Shown: one piece after another, positions 8,199-17,632 of the stretch
Layout of the letters: each line of letters starts with the position of its first letter
Numbering within the stretch: the first letter of the stretch is position 1
Source: Alphaproteobacteria bacterium
Lineage (GTDB): Bacteria > Pseudomonadota > Alphaproteobacteria > CAAHEQ01 > UBA3637
NCBI GenBank assembly: GCA_045611665.1
Contig: JAZKXP010000006.1
Coordinates: 1-60,283, forward strand
DNA: 60,283 nt
Reading direction: 5' to 3'
Notes under the pieces: generated by a model
Database searches by the model: none
What the model saw: the letters and a program-made list of their open reading frames with translations, nothing else
Told to the model about the DNA's origin: nothing
Program-made: the position numbers and the translations under genes

Positions 8199-8468
8199 TT
8201 ACTCATTCGGATTGTGACACACGATACGAGGGCTTAGTGCTCTACGGGCATTTAGTTGGTTATTAATTATCTCTCCGACTTTATTGTTATACACCCGCAT
8301 GCATCCGGTCCATTGACAATAACTGCTACATTTTCCAGATTGGCAGTAACTGGTTGGCGTACATTTTTGCCCATTTTGTGCTTCTACATCACAGACACCG
8401 ATAATTGCCAGCGTTCCCAACATTTCAACCATAGAACGACCAGATTGTAACGTGTGTTTCAAGTTCAT
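8199..8468 (-). CDS. mini-variant / deletion derivative of pilin-like Cys-rich family (sub-family B)
   Basis: The first 26 aa (MNLKHTLQSGRSMVEMLGTLAIIGV) and the 5' UTR are nearly identical to gene 16460. The hydrophobic helix is cut short and fused to one Cys-knot module and a C-terminal ...RIVCHNPNE tail. Its 3' flank/terminator resembles that of 45946..47385. Confidence 0.5.
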   Translation of the reverse strand: MNLKHTLQSGRSMVEMLGTLAIIGVCDVEAQNGQKCTPTSYCQSGKCSSYCQWTGCMRVYNNKVGEIINNQLNARRALSPRIVCHNPNE

Positions 8469-8490
8469 TTTTTACTCCTTTTTTTCGAAT

Positions 8491-8530
8491 TTTATCTGTC
8501 ATAAAAACGCCCCTTTTTATGACAGATAAA
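8491..8530. repeat. perfect 17-bp inverted repeat in shared 5' UTR (copy 1)
   Basis: TTTATCTGTCATAAAAA-CGCCCC-TTTTTATGACAGATAAA, about 25 nt upstream of the RBS of the minus-strand gene. Confidence 0.9.
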
Positions 8531-8668
8531 TTTTTTAATTGGACAAAGGTGAAAATTCAGCAATATTTCGACTCTATAAAAAAAAGGAACTCACCAGCCT
8601 AAGCCGGTAGTTTTCAAGATACAAAAATCCCCCTTAAATGAAGGGGGAATAACATATCTGACTGCAGT

Positions 8669-9610
8669 TTATTTCAAAAAGGCGTCAATGTCGTCAGGTG
8701 TTCCCAATGAAAATACCGGCACATCCGGATAAGTCTTTTTCACCAAACCAGCCAGCACCTTGCCATTACCGCACTCAACAAAACGGTTGATGCCCATATC
8801 ATCCACCATTTTATGCATGGAATCTGTCCACAAAACCGAACCGGTTACTTGACGCACCAATAATTCCTTAATTTGTTCAGCCTCTTGAACGGGTTCGGCA
8901 AATACATTGGAAATAACTGGAACAATCGGATTTTTTAGCGGTGTTTCGGCCAAAACTTCACGCATTTTATCGGCAGCTGATTGCATTAATGGACTATGGA
9001 ATCCACCGGAAACAGCTAATTTAATGGCTCGTTTAGCACCAGCGGCTTGACACCCGGCCATAACGGCTTCTAAGGCATCATTTTGACCACTAATCACAAT
9101 TTGTCCCGGACAGTTATCATTTGCCATGACACAAATTTGTCCTTTTAAATCCGTATTTGCAATCACCTCAGCAATTTGGTCTTTTGTCAGTGCCAAAATA
9201 GCGGCCATACCACCCACATTTTCTTTGGCAGCTTCGGCCATTGCCAAACCACGCAACCGCAATAATTTGGCCGTATCTGTAATGCTTAAAGCCCCTGCGG
9301 CACACAACGCCGTATATTCACCGAGTGAGTGTCCGGCAACGCAACCGGCTAATTCAAAAATATTTTTACCGGTTTCGGATTCCAATACTTTTAGAACAGC
9401 CATGCCGACTGCCATAATTGCCGGTTGAGCATTTTGCGTTTGCATTAATTCATCAGCATCCCCAGAAAACATTAATGTACTTAATTTTTGACCTAAGGCC
9501 TCATCTACTTCTTCAAAAACATGTTTTGCAACGGGAAAAGCCTCATTTAATGCCAATCCCATTCCGATACTTTGGGACCCTTGTCCCGGAAAAATCAAAG
9601 CCGTTTTCAT
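8669..9610 (-). CDS. fabD: malonyl-CoA:ACP transacylase
   Basis: FPGQGSQ N-terminus and GHSLGEY active-site motif; 313 aa. Confidence 0.9.
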   Translation of the reverse strand: MKTALIFPGQGSQSIGMGLALNEAFPVAKHVFEEVDEALGQKLSTLMFSGDADELMQTQNAQPAIMAVGMAVLKVLESETGKNIFELAGCVAGHSLGEYTALCAAGALSITDTAKLLRLRGLAMAEAAKENVGGMAAILALTKDQIAEVIANTDLKGQICVMANDNCPGQIVISGQNDALEAVMAGCQAAGAKRAIKLAVSGGFHSPLMQSAADKMREVLAETPLKNPIVPVISNVFAEPVQEAEQIKELLVRQVTGSVLWTDSMHKMVDDMGINRFVECGNGKVLAGLVKKTYPDVPVFSLGTPDDIDAFLK

Positions 9611-9724
9611 TTTTTCTCCTATATTTGTTAATTATCTTTCTCGGGGGCATTATACACATTTTTTTTCAAAAAGAAACCATTTTTTTAACTTGTCTAAAGA
9701 GGCTTTTTCATATATAGTGTCATC

Positions 9725-11305
9725 ATGTCATTAATAAAATCCATAACCACCGTTGGTGGCTTTACGCTTGTCAGCCGATTAGTCGGTTTTGTACGAGATA
9801 TTTTAATTGCCAAATTTTTAGGTGCCTCCATGATGGCGGATGCTTTTTTTGTCGCCCTGAGGTTTCCGAATTTGTTTCGATCCTTATTTGCCGAAGGAAC
9901 ACTGAATGTAGCGTTTGTTCCGCTGTTTGCCGGAGAACTGCACAGTGGCGGTAAAAAACGAGCGCTCACCTTTGCAAGAGCAACTTTCAGCTTTTTATTT
10001 TATGTGCTGTTGATTTTTACGGTCTTTATGGAAATCTTTATGCCGGCCTTTATGTTTGTGTTGGCGCCCGGATTTGAAGATATTGCCGGTAAATTAGAAC
10101 TCACCACACACTTAAGCCGGATTACTTTTCCGTTTTTGCTATGTGTTTCATTGGTGTCCTTATTGTCCGGTGTTTTAAATTCGGCCGGAAAATTTTGGGC
10201 GGCTGCCTTCACACCGACATTATTAAACTTAATGATGATTGGGGCGTTGTTTATCATTACACCGTTTATCCACAGTGATTTTGCACCGGCCTATGCTCTG
10301 GCAATCGGTGTCTGTTTGGCGGGTTTTGCCGAATTAATCTTCTTGTTTTACCATGTCAAAAAAGCCGGCCTGTTATTTGGTCTTATTGGTCCGATACGGG
10401 CGTTATTTCATTTATCCAAACGGGTCAAATTATTGCTGAAAAAAATGGCGCCGGGGGTGCTGGGATCCGGCGTTTATCAAATCAATTTATTCTTAGATAC
10501 GTTATTCGTTTCCTTTGTCGGGGCCGGTGCGATTTCATGGCTGAATTATGCGCATCATTTGTTCCAATTACCCATCGGTATTATCGGGGTTGCCATTGGG
10601 ACAGCCCTGTTGCCGGTTTTATCCAAACACATTAAAGCCGGCGAAAAACAAGAGGCCAATACTCAGTTGAACCGAGGCTTGGAAATTGCTCTTGCCATGT
10701 CTTTGGCTTCCATGATCGGGTTGGTATTATTGGCTCACCCCATCATTGCTGTTTTGTTTGAGCGAGGCGCCTTTACCATGACCGATACCGAACAAACGTC
10801 AAAGGCATTAATCGTATTTGCGTTTGGATTACCGGCCTATATGATGACTAAGGCATTATCGCCGTTTTTCTATGCTCGTTCCGATACAACAACACCGGTT
10901 AAAATTGCCGTTGTCGGTGTGATTTTAAATGCCGTATTGGCGCTTTCTTTAATGGGACCGTTAGGATTCGTCGGCATTGCCTTGGCCACTTCAATTACCG
11001 TTTGGGTCAATGCATTCCAATATATGTGGCGATTAAAAAAACAAGGCGAATTCAGTTTGGACAAACTCTTTATGTTCCGCATTAAACGCATTGTTTTAGC
11101 GGGTGTTTTAATGATGGGAACATTATATACGACGTTATTTTATATCTCAAAATGGTATCCGTTATGGCAACATGAACACGGTATTTTTTCGGTCATATGG
11201 TTGGGAATTTTGATTTGTTCCGGTGTTTTTGTTTTTGCGGCGACCTTAATTGGTACGGGTGGAATCGCCCTAAAGGACATTAAAGGATTTTTACGTCGAA
11301 CATAA
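9725..11305 (+). CDS. murJ: lipid II flippase MurJ (MviN)
   Basis: 526 aa, polytopic. N-terminus GGFTLVSRLVGFVRDILIAKFLGAS..DAFFVA.R.PN.FR is typical of MurJ. Confidence 0.9.
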   Translation: MSLIKSITTVGGFTLVSRLVGFVRDILIAKFLGASMMADAFFVALRFPNLFRSLFAEGTLNVAFVPLFAGELHSGGKKRALTFARATFSFLFYVLLIFTVFMEIFMPAFMFVLAPGFEDIAGKLELTTHLSRITFPFLLCVSLVSLLSGVLNSAGKFWAAAFTPTLLNLMMIGALFIITPFIHSDFAPAYALAIGVCLAGFAELIFLFYHVKKAGLLFGLIGPIRALFHLSKRVKLLLKKMAPGVLGSGVYQINLFLDTLFVSFVGAGAISWLNYAHHLFQLPIGIIGVAIGTALLPVLSKHIKAGEKQEANTQLNRGLEIALAMSLASMIGLVLLAHPIIAVLFERGAFTMTDTEQTSKALIVFAFGLPAYMMTKALSPFFYARSDTTTPVKIAVVGVILNAVLALSLMGPLGFVGIALATSITVWVNAFQYMWRLKKQGEFSLDKLFMFRIKRIVLAGVLMMGTLYTTLFYISKWYPLWQHEHGIFSVIWLGILICSGVFVFAATLIGTGGIALKDIKGFLRRT

Positions 11306-11316
11306 GAGGAGAATTT

Positions 11317-12240
11317 ATGAAAAAAATCATTTCATATTTGTTAGCCTGTGCGATTCTTGGGGGGATTTTCTACGGAACTTATCGACTGAATGTATGGATA
11401 AAAACACCGGAAAAAGAAACTCAAATATTATCGGATAACCGGCAACTCAAAACAAGTTTAGAGCAGACACATCATATTTCAAATTCTGTTATACCGACAG
11501 AACAGAACAATACCCCGCCATTGAGCAGTCACTCACATACAGCCGGAGAGTTGACGACGACACAGCAAGTAGCACAAAAAATGCAGACCGAATATAATCA
11601 TCATATTCGTAAGGTATATTTAGATCATTTTCCCGATGATTTTGTTCAAAACGGTACGCCGGAATTATTTGCTAAAATTGTGACGGCATTGGTATTGAGG
11701 GAAAATGAATTAATCAAAGCGGATCGACTTTTTTTAATACAATTACGTGCAAATTTTATGCAAAATATACCATGGGATGAAACACAAACAGCTAAATTTA
11801 ATCAGCTAATCAAACAGTACGGAATAACGGAACAAAAATTAATTCGTCCACAATTAGAAGAATTATTAAAGCGTGTCAACATAATACCGCCTTCTTTGGC
11901 CGTTGCAATGGCGGGGGTTCATACGAATTGGGGAAAACAGTCTTTAAACGCACCTTTTGGGCAAAAAGAATGGATAGATGGCAAATATACCGAAAAGGAA
12001 TTTGCAACGTTGCCTGAGGCAGTTCAAGCTTATATGGCGGAATTGAATACACTGCCGATTTATAACAGCCTATGGTTAAATCGTCATATATATCAAGATA
12101 TACGTGGGTCTTTGGGAGAAAAATTAGTAACACAAGTAAAAGATTTTAAGCCCGAAGATACATCCTATCGAGCTCGCTTAAAGCAAGCTTTTAAAGACAA
12201 ACAACTACGGAAATTGGATCGTGCGGTTTTATCTGACTAA
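11317..12240 (+). CDS. Bax-like glucosaminidase-domain protein
   Basis: N-terminal membrane anchor. The central/C-terminal region (FAKIVTALVLRENELI...SLAVAMAGVHTNWGK) resembles Bax / mannosyl-glycoprotein endo-beta-N-acetylglucosaminidase family proteins. Confidence 0.55.
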   Translation: MKKIISYLLACAILGGIFYGTYRLNVWIKTPEKETQILSDNRQLKTSLEQTHHISNSVIPTEQNNTPPLSSHSHTAGELTTTQQVAQKMQTEYNHHIRKVYLDHFPDDFVQNGTPELFAKIVTALVLRENELIKADRLFLIQLRANFMQNIPWDETQTAKFNQLIKQYGITEQKLIRPQLEELLKRVNIIPPSLAVAMAGVHTNWGKQSLNAPFGQKEWIDGKYTEKEFATLPEAVQAYMAELNTLPIYNSLWLNRHIYQDIRGSLGEKLVTQVKDFKPEDTSYRARLKQAFKDKQLRKLDRAVLSD

Positions 12241-12670
12241 AATTATTTTGGGGTGCTTTGTTTTTTTGTTTAGTCCCTGTGTATCGGCAGAGGAGTTGAT
12301 TTTTATGACTCCCGAAAAACATTATCTGTTTGATGTTGAGGTAGCTGACACCCCCAAAAAAGCTCAAACAGGTTTGATGTATCGTCAGCATTTAGACGCA
12401 AACAAGGGAATGATTTTTATTAAAGATACAGATCAAGTTTGGCATATGTGGATGAAAAATACATATTTAAGTTTAGATATGATATTTTTTAATCGTGACG
12501 GACGGATTATTAAAATCATTTCCGATACACGCCCGTTCAGCTTAGATATTTTATCGTCAGATATTCCGGTTGCGGGAGTAGTCGAGGTCAATGCCGGAAC
12601 GGCACAAAAATTGAATTTATCCATCGGTGATTATATTGATACGCCACACATTACGAAAAAATCAAAATAA
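12221..12670 (+). CDS. DUF192 (COG1430) periplasmic protein
   Basis: GTG start and signal peptide. EVADTP..QTGLMYR...GM.F.......MWMKNT..SLDMIFF...G.I matches DUF192. Confidence 0.7.
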   Translation: MRFYLTKIILGCFVFLFSPCVSAEELIFMTPEKHYLFDVEVADTPKKAQTGLMYRQHLDANKGMIFIKDTDQVWHMWMKNTYLSLDMIFFNRDGRIIKIISDTRPFSLDILSSDIPVAGVVEVNAGTAQKLNLSIGDYIDTPHITKKSK

Positions 12671-12671
12671 T

Positions 12672-14141
12672 CTAAATAAAACTGTCCTTTAACAATTGTT
12701 TTGTATAATCATTTTTCGGCGTATTAAAGATACGGGAGGCAAAATTTTGTTCAATGACTTTACCATCTTTCATAACTAAGACATAATCGGACAAAGCTTG
12801 TACCGCTTTCATATCGTGTGAGATAAAAATATAGGCCAGATTAAATCGTTTTTGTAAATCGGTTAATAAACGAATTAATTGACGCTGTGTTTTAACATCT
12901 AACGAGGAGGTGACTTCGTCTAACACCAATACGGACGGCTTTAAAATTAAGGCTCTGGCCAAAGCAACACGAGTGCGCTGACCGCCGGACAGTTCATGGG
13001 GATATCTGTCCACAATATCATCAGACAACCCAACGGATTTTAGGGTTTCTTTAACAGCGGGTAAGGTATCTTTGAGTCCTTGAACTTTCAGTCCTTCTCC
13101 GACAATATCGGCTATCATCATACGGGGATTTAATGAGGAGGCAGGATCTTGCAAAACCATTTGAATGTTTGACCGAGCCGTCCGTAATTCTTTGCCGGAC
13201 AAGGCAAAAAAATCCATGTCGTTGATTTTGACTGTGCCGGTTGCCGCAATTAATCTGACCAATCCTTGAGCTAATGATGATTTACCCGATCCGCTTTCCC
13301 CGACAACAGCAACGGTTTGAGAGGGCATAACTTTAAAATGAACATCTTTAACGGCTTGGAATTTTTGATAAAATACGGACAGACCATTAACTTCGATAGC
13401 CGGTTTTTGCCCCCTCACATAAGGGGTGTACCGTATCCATGGTCGCATAGGGGACGGCATTTGAGTTGACGTAATTTTACCGTATTGCATCACATACACA
13501 CGGTCGGCAATAGCCCGTACAATATCTAAATCATGTGTAATAAATAAAATGGCCAGTTTTAGTTCTTTTTGCAACCGTTTCAGCAAATCTAAAATTTGTG
13601 CCTGTACACTGACATCTAATGCGGTTGTCGGTTCATCGGCAATGAGTAAATCCGGTTTTCCGGCCAACGCCATAGCAATCATGACCCGTTGTCTTTGTCC
13701 GCCGGACAATTCGTGCGGATAAGCCTTATAAATACGCTCTGTATCGGTTAAATCAACTTGACGTAATAACGCACAAACAATTTCTTTTGAAACCGGTAAA
13801 TGATTAATTTTTAATACCTCAGCAATTTGAGCGCCGGCAGTATGAAGTGGATTTAATGATGTCATCGGTTCTTGGAAAATCATAGCAATTTTTGATGCTC
13901 TGAGTTGACGCAGTTTATCATCATTCATACATAAAATATTTTTACGTCTGAAAAAAATTTGTCCTTTAATACGTACATTATCTTGCAACCGTAAAATATT
14001 CATTGCTACGGTGGATTTTCCGGACCCGCTGGCGCCCACTAAAGCGACGAACTCACCACATTCTACGGATAAGGATACACCCTTGACTGGCATAAAAGAA
14101 CCAAAGGACACCCGCATTTTTTTGATATTCAGTAAACTCAT
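12672..14141 (-). CDS. yejF: peptide ABC transporter, fused double ATPase (YejF-like)
   Basis: Two ABC cassettes: Walker A GASGSGKST and GESGSGKSS; signatures LSGGQRQR and LSGGQRTR. Confidence 0.8.
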   Translation of the reverse strand: MSLLNIKKMRVSFGSFMPVKGVSLSVECGEFVALVGASGSGKSTVAMNILRLQDNVRIKGQIFFRRKNILCMNDDKLRQLRASKIAMIFQEPMTSLNPLHTAGAQIAEVLKINHLPVSKEIVCALLRQVDLTDTERIYKAYPHELSGGQRQRVMIAMALAGKPDLLIADEPTTALDVSVQAQILDLLKRLQKELKLAILFITHDLDIVRAIADRVYVMQYGKITSTQMPSPMRPWIRYTPYVRGQKPAIEVNGLSVFYQKFQAVKDVHFKVMPSQTVAVVGESGSGKSSLAQGLVRLIAATGTVKINDMDFFALSGKELRTARSNIQMVLQDPASSLNPRMMIADIVGEGLKVQGLKDTLPAVKETLKSVGLSDDIVDRYPHELSGGQRTRVALARALILKPSVLVLDEVTSSLDVKTQRQLIRLLTDLQKRFNLAYIFISHDMKAVQALSDYVLVMKDGKVIEQNFASRIFNTPKNDYTKQLLKDSFI

Positions 14142-15163
14142 GCGCTCTCCTTTTTATTTGGGTCAAATGCATCACGAACCCCTTCGCCGATGAAGACCAA
14201 CAAAGACAACAAAACGGTTAAGGTGAAAAAGGCCGTTAATCCCAACCAAGGAGCATTTAAGTTATCTTTTCCTTGCCTGATAAGTTCCCCTAAACTGGGT
14301 GTTCCGACCGGTAATCCCAATCCCAAAAAGTCCAATGCAGATAAAGAAATGATAGCGCCGGCTAACATAAACGGGACATAAGTGATTGTTGCAACCAAAG
14401 CATTAGGTAAAATGTGACGCAACATAATTTCAAAGTCGGTCAGACCTAATCCTCTGGCGGATTTAACATAATCTAAGCCTCGGGTGCGTAAAAATTCCGC
14501 ACGAACAACCCCTGTGAGAGAGGTCCAGCTGAATAACAGTAAGATCAATAAAATTGTCCAAAAACCGGGGGTGATTAAACTGGATATAATGATTAAAATA
14601 AACAGCTGAGGCAATGATCCCCATATTTCCAAAAAACGACCGATAAGTAAATCGGTGTATCCTCCGAAATATCCTTGTAATGCTCCGACAAAAATACCAA
14701 TCATTGCCGATAAAACAGTTAAAATAATCCCAAATATTAATCCTAATCGAACCGCATAAATCAAACGGGCCAAGACATCTCGCCCTTGATCATCCGTTCC
14801 CAACCAATGACGTTCGGAAGGCGGAGCCGGAACAGGGTCAACAGAAAAATAATCCACTGTATCATAATGCCATGGAATAATCGGCATAATCATCCATCCG
14901 TTTTTGTCAATTTCATTGATGGTATAGGCATCTTTAAAATCGGCCTGAGTCGGCAAATTACCCCCCATTTCAGTGTCGGTAATAAATTGTACCATTGGGA
15001 AATACCAAGATCCTTTATATGATACGACCAGCGGTTTATCATGAACCAACAAAGGAGCCAACAAACACAATAAGCCTATCATGCCTAACAAAATCAAAGC
15101 GCAAAGGCTGCGTTTATTAGATTTGAAAATATGGAGTCTTTTTTTTGCCAACTTTGAAATCAT
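14138..15163 (-). CDS. yejE: peptide ABC transporter permease (YejE-like)
   Basis: BPD-transporter inner-membrane component. Overlaps neighbours by 4 nt (operon). Confidence 0.8.
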   Translation of the reverse strand: MISKLAKKRLHIFKSNKRSLCALILLGMIGLLCLLAPLLVHDKPLVVSYKGSWYFPMVQFITDTEMGGNLPTQADFKDAYTINEIDKNGWMIMPIIPWHYDTVDYFSVDPVPAPPSERHWLGTDDQGRDVLARLIYAVRLGLIFGIILTVLSAMIGIFVGALQGYFGGYTDLLIGRFLEIWGSLPQLFILIIISSLITPGFWTILLILLLFSWTSLTGVVRAEFLRTRGLDYVKSARGLGLTDFEIMLRHILPNALVATITYVPFMLAGAIISLSALDFLGLGLPVGTPSLGELIRQGKDNLNAPWLGLTAFFTLTVLLSLLVFIGEGVRDAFDPNKKESA

Positions 15164-16260
15164 TTTAACCTCTTATCAAAATGAATTCTGGGATCAACAA
15201 GAGTATAAACAAAATCGCTGATAAGATTTAACACCAACCCAAGTAAAGCAAATAAATAAAGGGTGCCAAATACAACGGGATAGTCTCGAGTTTGAACCGC
15301 TTCAAAACCGAGCAAGCCCAACCCATTCAGCGAAAAAATAACCTCAATTAATACAGAACCGGTAAATAACATACTGACAAGCATTGCCGGAAAACCCGCA
15401 ATAACAATTAGCATGGCATTACGAAACACATGGCCGTATAAAATCTGACGATTATTTAATCCCTTTGCTTTAGCCGTGCGAACATAATTTTTCCCCAATT
15501 CATCCAAAAAAGCATTTTTGGTCAAAAAACACAATCCGGCCAATCCGCCGATTGTCATAGCCAATACGGGTAAGGTTAAATGCCACAAATAATCCAAAAT
15601 TTGTTGATAAAAGGGCAAGTTATCCCATCCGTTTGAGGTTAATCCTTTTAACGGGAACCAAGAAAAATATCGTCCTCCGGCAAAAACAATAATGAAAAAA
15701 ATGGCTAATAAAAAAGCGGGAACGGCATACCCTATCGTTAATGTCCAACTGGTTGCAATATCAAATTTTGATCCGTGTTTAACTGCTTTTCTGATGCCTA
15801 AAGGAATGGCTATCAGGTATATTAATAAGGTTGAAAAGACACCCAAAGAAATGGAAACCGGTAGCCGTTCTTTTATCAATTCTATAACGGATTTATCCTG
15901 ATAAAAACTGGTTCCAAAATCAAAAACGGCATAGTTTTTTATCATAATCCAAAAACGCACCCAAGCCGGTTTATCAAATCCGAATTGCTTAGTCAATTCA
16001 TCACGCAGTTGTTCATTTAATCCTTGGGCACCACGATATTTTGATGTATTTGAAACAGCAGGTGTCATGCTTTCCAGCCCTCCTGCCGTACCACTCACCC
16101 GTGATAAAGCACTTGAAGGAGCCGATGCGGTTATTTTGGTCATCATTTGTTCGACCGGCCCACCGGGGGCTAGTTGTACAAACAAAAAATTGACAGCCAT
16201 AATTCCGAATAATGTAATCGGAATAAATAACAGGCGTTTCAAAAAATATGCTTTATTCAT
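15160..16260 (-). CDS. yejB: peptide ABC transporter permease (YejB-like)
   Basis: ORF track 15160..16296. The internal ATG 16258-16260 (MNKAYFLKRLLFIP) matches the usual DppB/YejB N-terminus. Confidence 0.8.
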   Translation of the reverse strand: MNKAYFLKRLLFIPITLFGIMAVNFLFVQLAPGGPVEQMMTKITASAPSSALSRVSGTAGGLESMTPAVSNTSKYRGAQGLNEQLRDELTKQFGFDKPAWVRFWIMIKNYAVFDFGTSFYQDKSVIELIKERLPVSISLGVFSTLLIYLIAIPLGIRKAVKHGSKFDIATSWTLTIGYAVPAFLLAIFFIIVFAGGRYFSWFPLKGLTSNGWDNLPFYQQILDYLWHLTLPVLAMTIGGLAGLCFLTKNAFLDELGKNYVRTAKAKGLNNRQILYGHVFRNAMLIVIAGFPAMLVSMLFTGSVLIEVIFSLNGLGLLGFEAVQTRDYPVVFGTLYLFALLGLVLNLISDFVYTLVDPRIHFDKRLK

Positions 16261-16398
16261 GACAAACAGTATGGCATATTTACTCCCAAAAAGCAAGCCT
16301 GAAAAGCCGGTAATTGTACTTGCGGTTTATCCCACCTTTTGAATTAAAATCTCCTTAAAATTCCATTGGCATTTTTTTAGGGGAGATTTATTTTAAAA

Positions 16399-16438
16399 TT
16401 TATCTGTCATAAAAAGGGGCGTTTTTATGACAGATAAA
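16399..16438. repeat. perfect 17-bp inverted repeat in shared 5' UTR (copy 2)
   Basis: TTTATCTGTCATAAAAA-GGGGCG-TTTTTATGACAGATAAA, followed by ATTCGAAAAAAGGAGTAAAAA-ATG. Confidence 0.9.
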
Positions 16439-16459
16439 ATTCGAAAAAAGGAGTAAAAA

Positions 16460-17473
16460 ATGAACTTGAAACACACGTTACAATCTGGTCGTTCTATGGT
16501 TGAAATGTTGGGAACGCTGGCGATTATCGGTGTTCTGTCTGTCGGTGGTATTGTTGGATATTCCTACGGTATGGATAAATATTGGGCGAATGAAACAATT
16601 AATGATGTGAATATGCGAGGTATTGATTTAGTGCGTCAAGTTGCCACGAATCAAGCCCCTGATTTATCCGATTGGCCCACTGTATCACAAGCCGGATATA
16701 CCATCAGTGAGGCCAATTTAAGCGCCGATGGTGAGGCCTATTTTAGTATTTCGGGTATGTCTCAACGTGTGTGCGAAATGGTTTATGAGGGGATTCAAAA
16801 CAACCAAACGACCGTCGTCAAAATTAACGAATCAACAAACGGAGATACCTCTGATTGTCAATCCGACAATAACACCATGACATTTTTCTTTGTAACAACG
16901 GCTGGGGGTGGTGGTGTAAAACCAGAAGATTTGTGTCAAAATGTCACCTGTCAAGAAGGATATTCTTGTACCCATGGGATTTGTATGAGTGAGATGCTTC
17001 CTCAATTCCATTCTAATGGATTTAAATATTGTTCTTCTAGTTTTCAATGTTCGGAATGTCAATATTGCCATAGTGAGTGGCAATATTGTGAAAGTAATGA
17101 TAATGGAACGGTGTGTGCCGGTGGAACGTGTTATAATGGAAAATGTGTTTTGAATGAGGATATCTGTACATCTCATGATGATTGTGCCAAGGGGTACTTC
17201 TGTGATAAGGGAGATTCTAATAAATGTGTTAAATTAGATTGGTATAAAATTCCAGGTAATGATATTTATATTTCTAAAGTAGCTACTGAAGATGATTTAT
17301 GTGAATTAGCTGGTTTTTACTCTTTAACAAAAGCACAAATGATGTATGTTGTCAAGGAACTTGGGGATTCTATTGTCTCTTATAGCGCTTATTTGCATAC
17401 CAGTGATGCCGGTGGTTGTGATAGGGATGATATGGTGGCAGTCCAGCCAATTCGTTGTGTGTTCCCGATTTAA
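16460..17473 (+). CDS. Cys-rich protein with type IV pilin-like class III signal (sub-family B)
   Basis: MNLKHTLQSG|RSMVEMLGTLAIIGVLSVGGIVGYSYG. Pilin-like head (..RVCEMVYEG..TMTFFF), then EGF/knottin-like CxxGxxC modules. 21 Cys. Confidence 0.8.
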   Translation: MNLKHTLQSGRSMVEMLGTLAIIGVLSVGGIVGYSYGMDKYWANETINDVNMRGIDLVRQVATNQAPDLSDWPTVSQAGYTISEANLSADGEAYFSISGMSQRVCEMVYEGIQNNQTTVVKINESTNGDTSDCQSDNNTMTFFFVTTAGGGGVKPEDLCQNVTCQEGYSCTHGICMSEMLPQFHSNGFKYCSSSFQCSECQYCHSEWQYCESNDNGTVCAGGTCYNGKCVLNEDICTSHDDCAKGYFCDKGDSNKCVKLDWYKIPGNDIYISKVATEDDLCELAGFYSLTKAQMMYVVKELGDSIVSYSAYLHTSDAGGCDRDDMVAVQPIRCVFPI

Positions 17474-17632
17474 ACAATGTTGAAATATTAGATTTTTCAG
17501 TAGCTCTAGAAGAAACGGTTACTGAGTAAATTTCGTTTTCATATAAGTAACAGGAATAATTTTCCTCTTGTTATTTATTTCACAAAAAAACCGCCTCATT
17601 TGGGGCGGTTTCAAATATTTTGTAAATCTATG

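Noticed and set aside
8199-17473. Pilin-like genes as part of a type IV pilus/T2SS/Tad gene cluster
   Set aside because: No secretin, ATPase, platform protein or prepilin peptidase gene is present anywhere in the 60-kb window. The neighbours are unrelated housekeeping genes.
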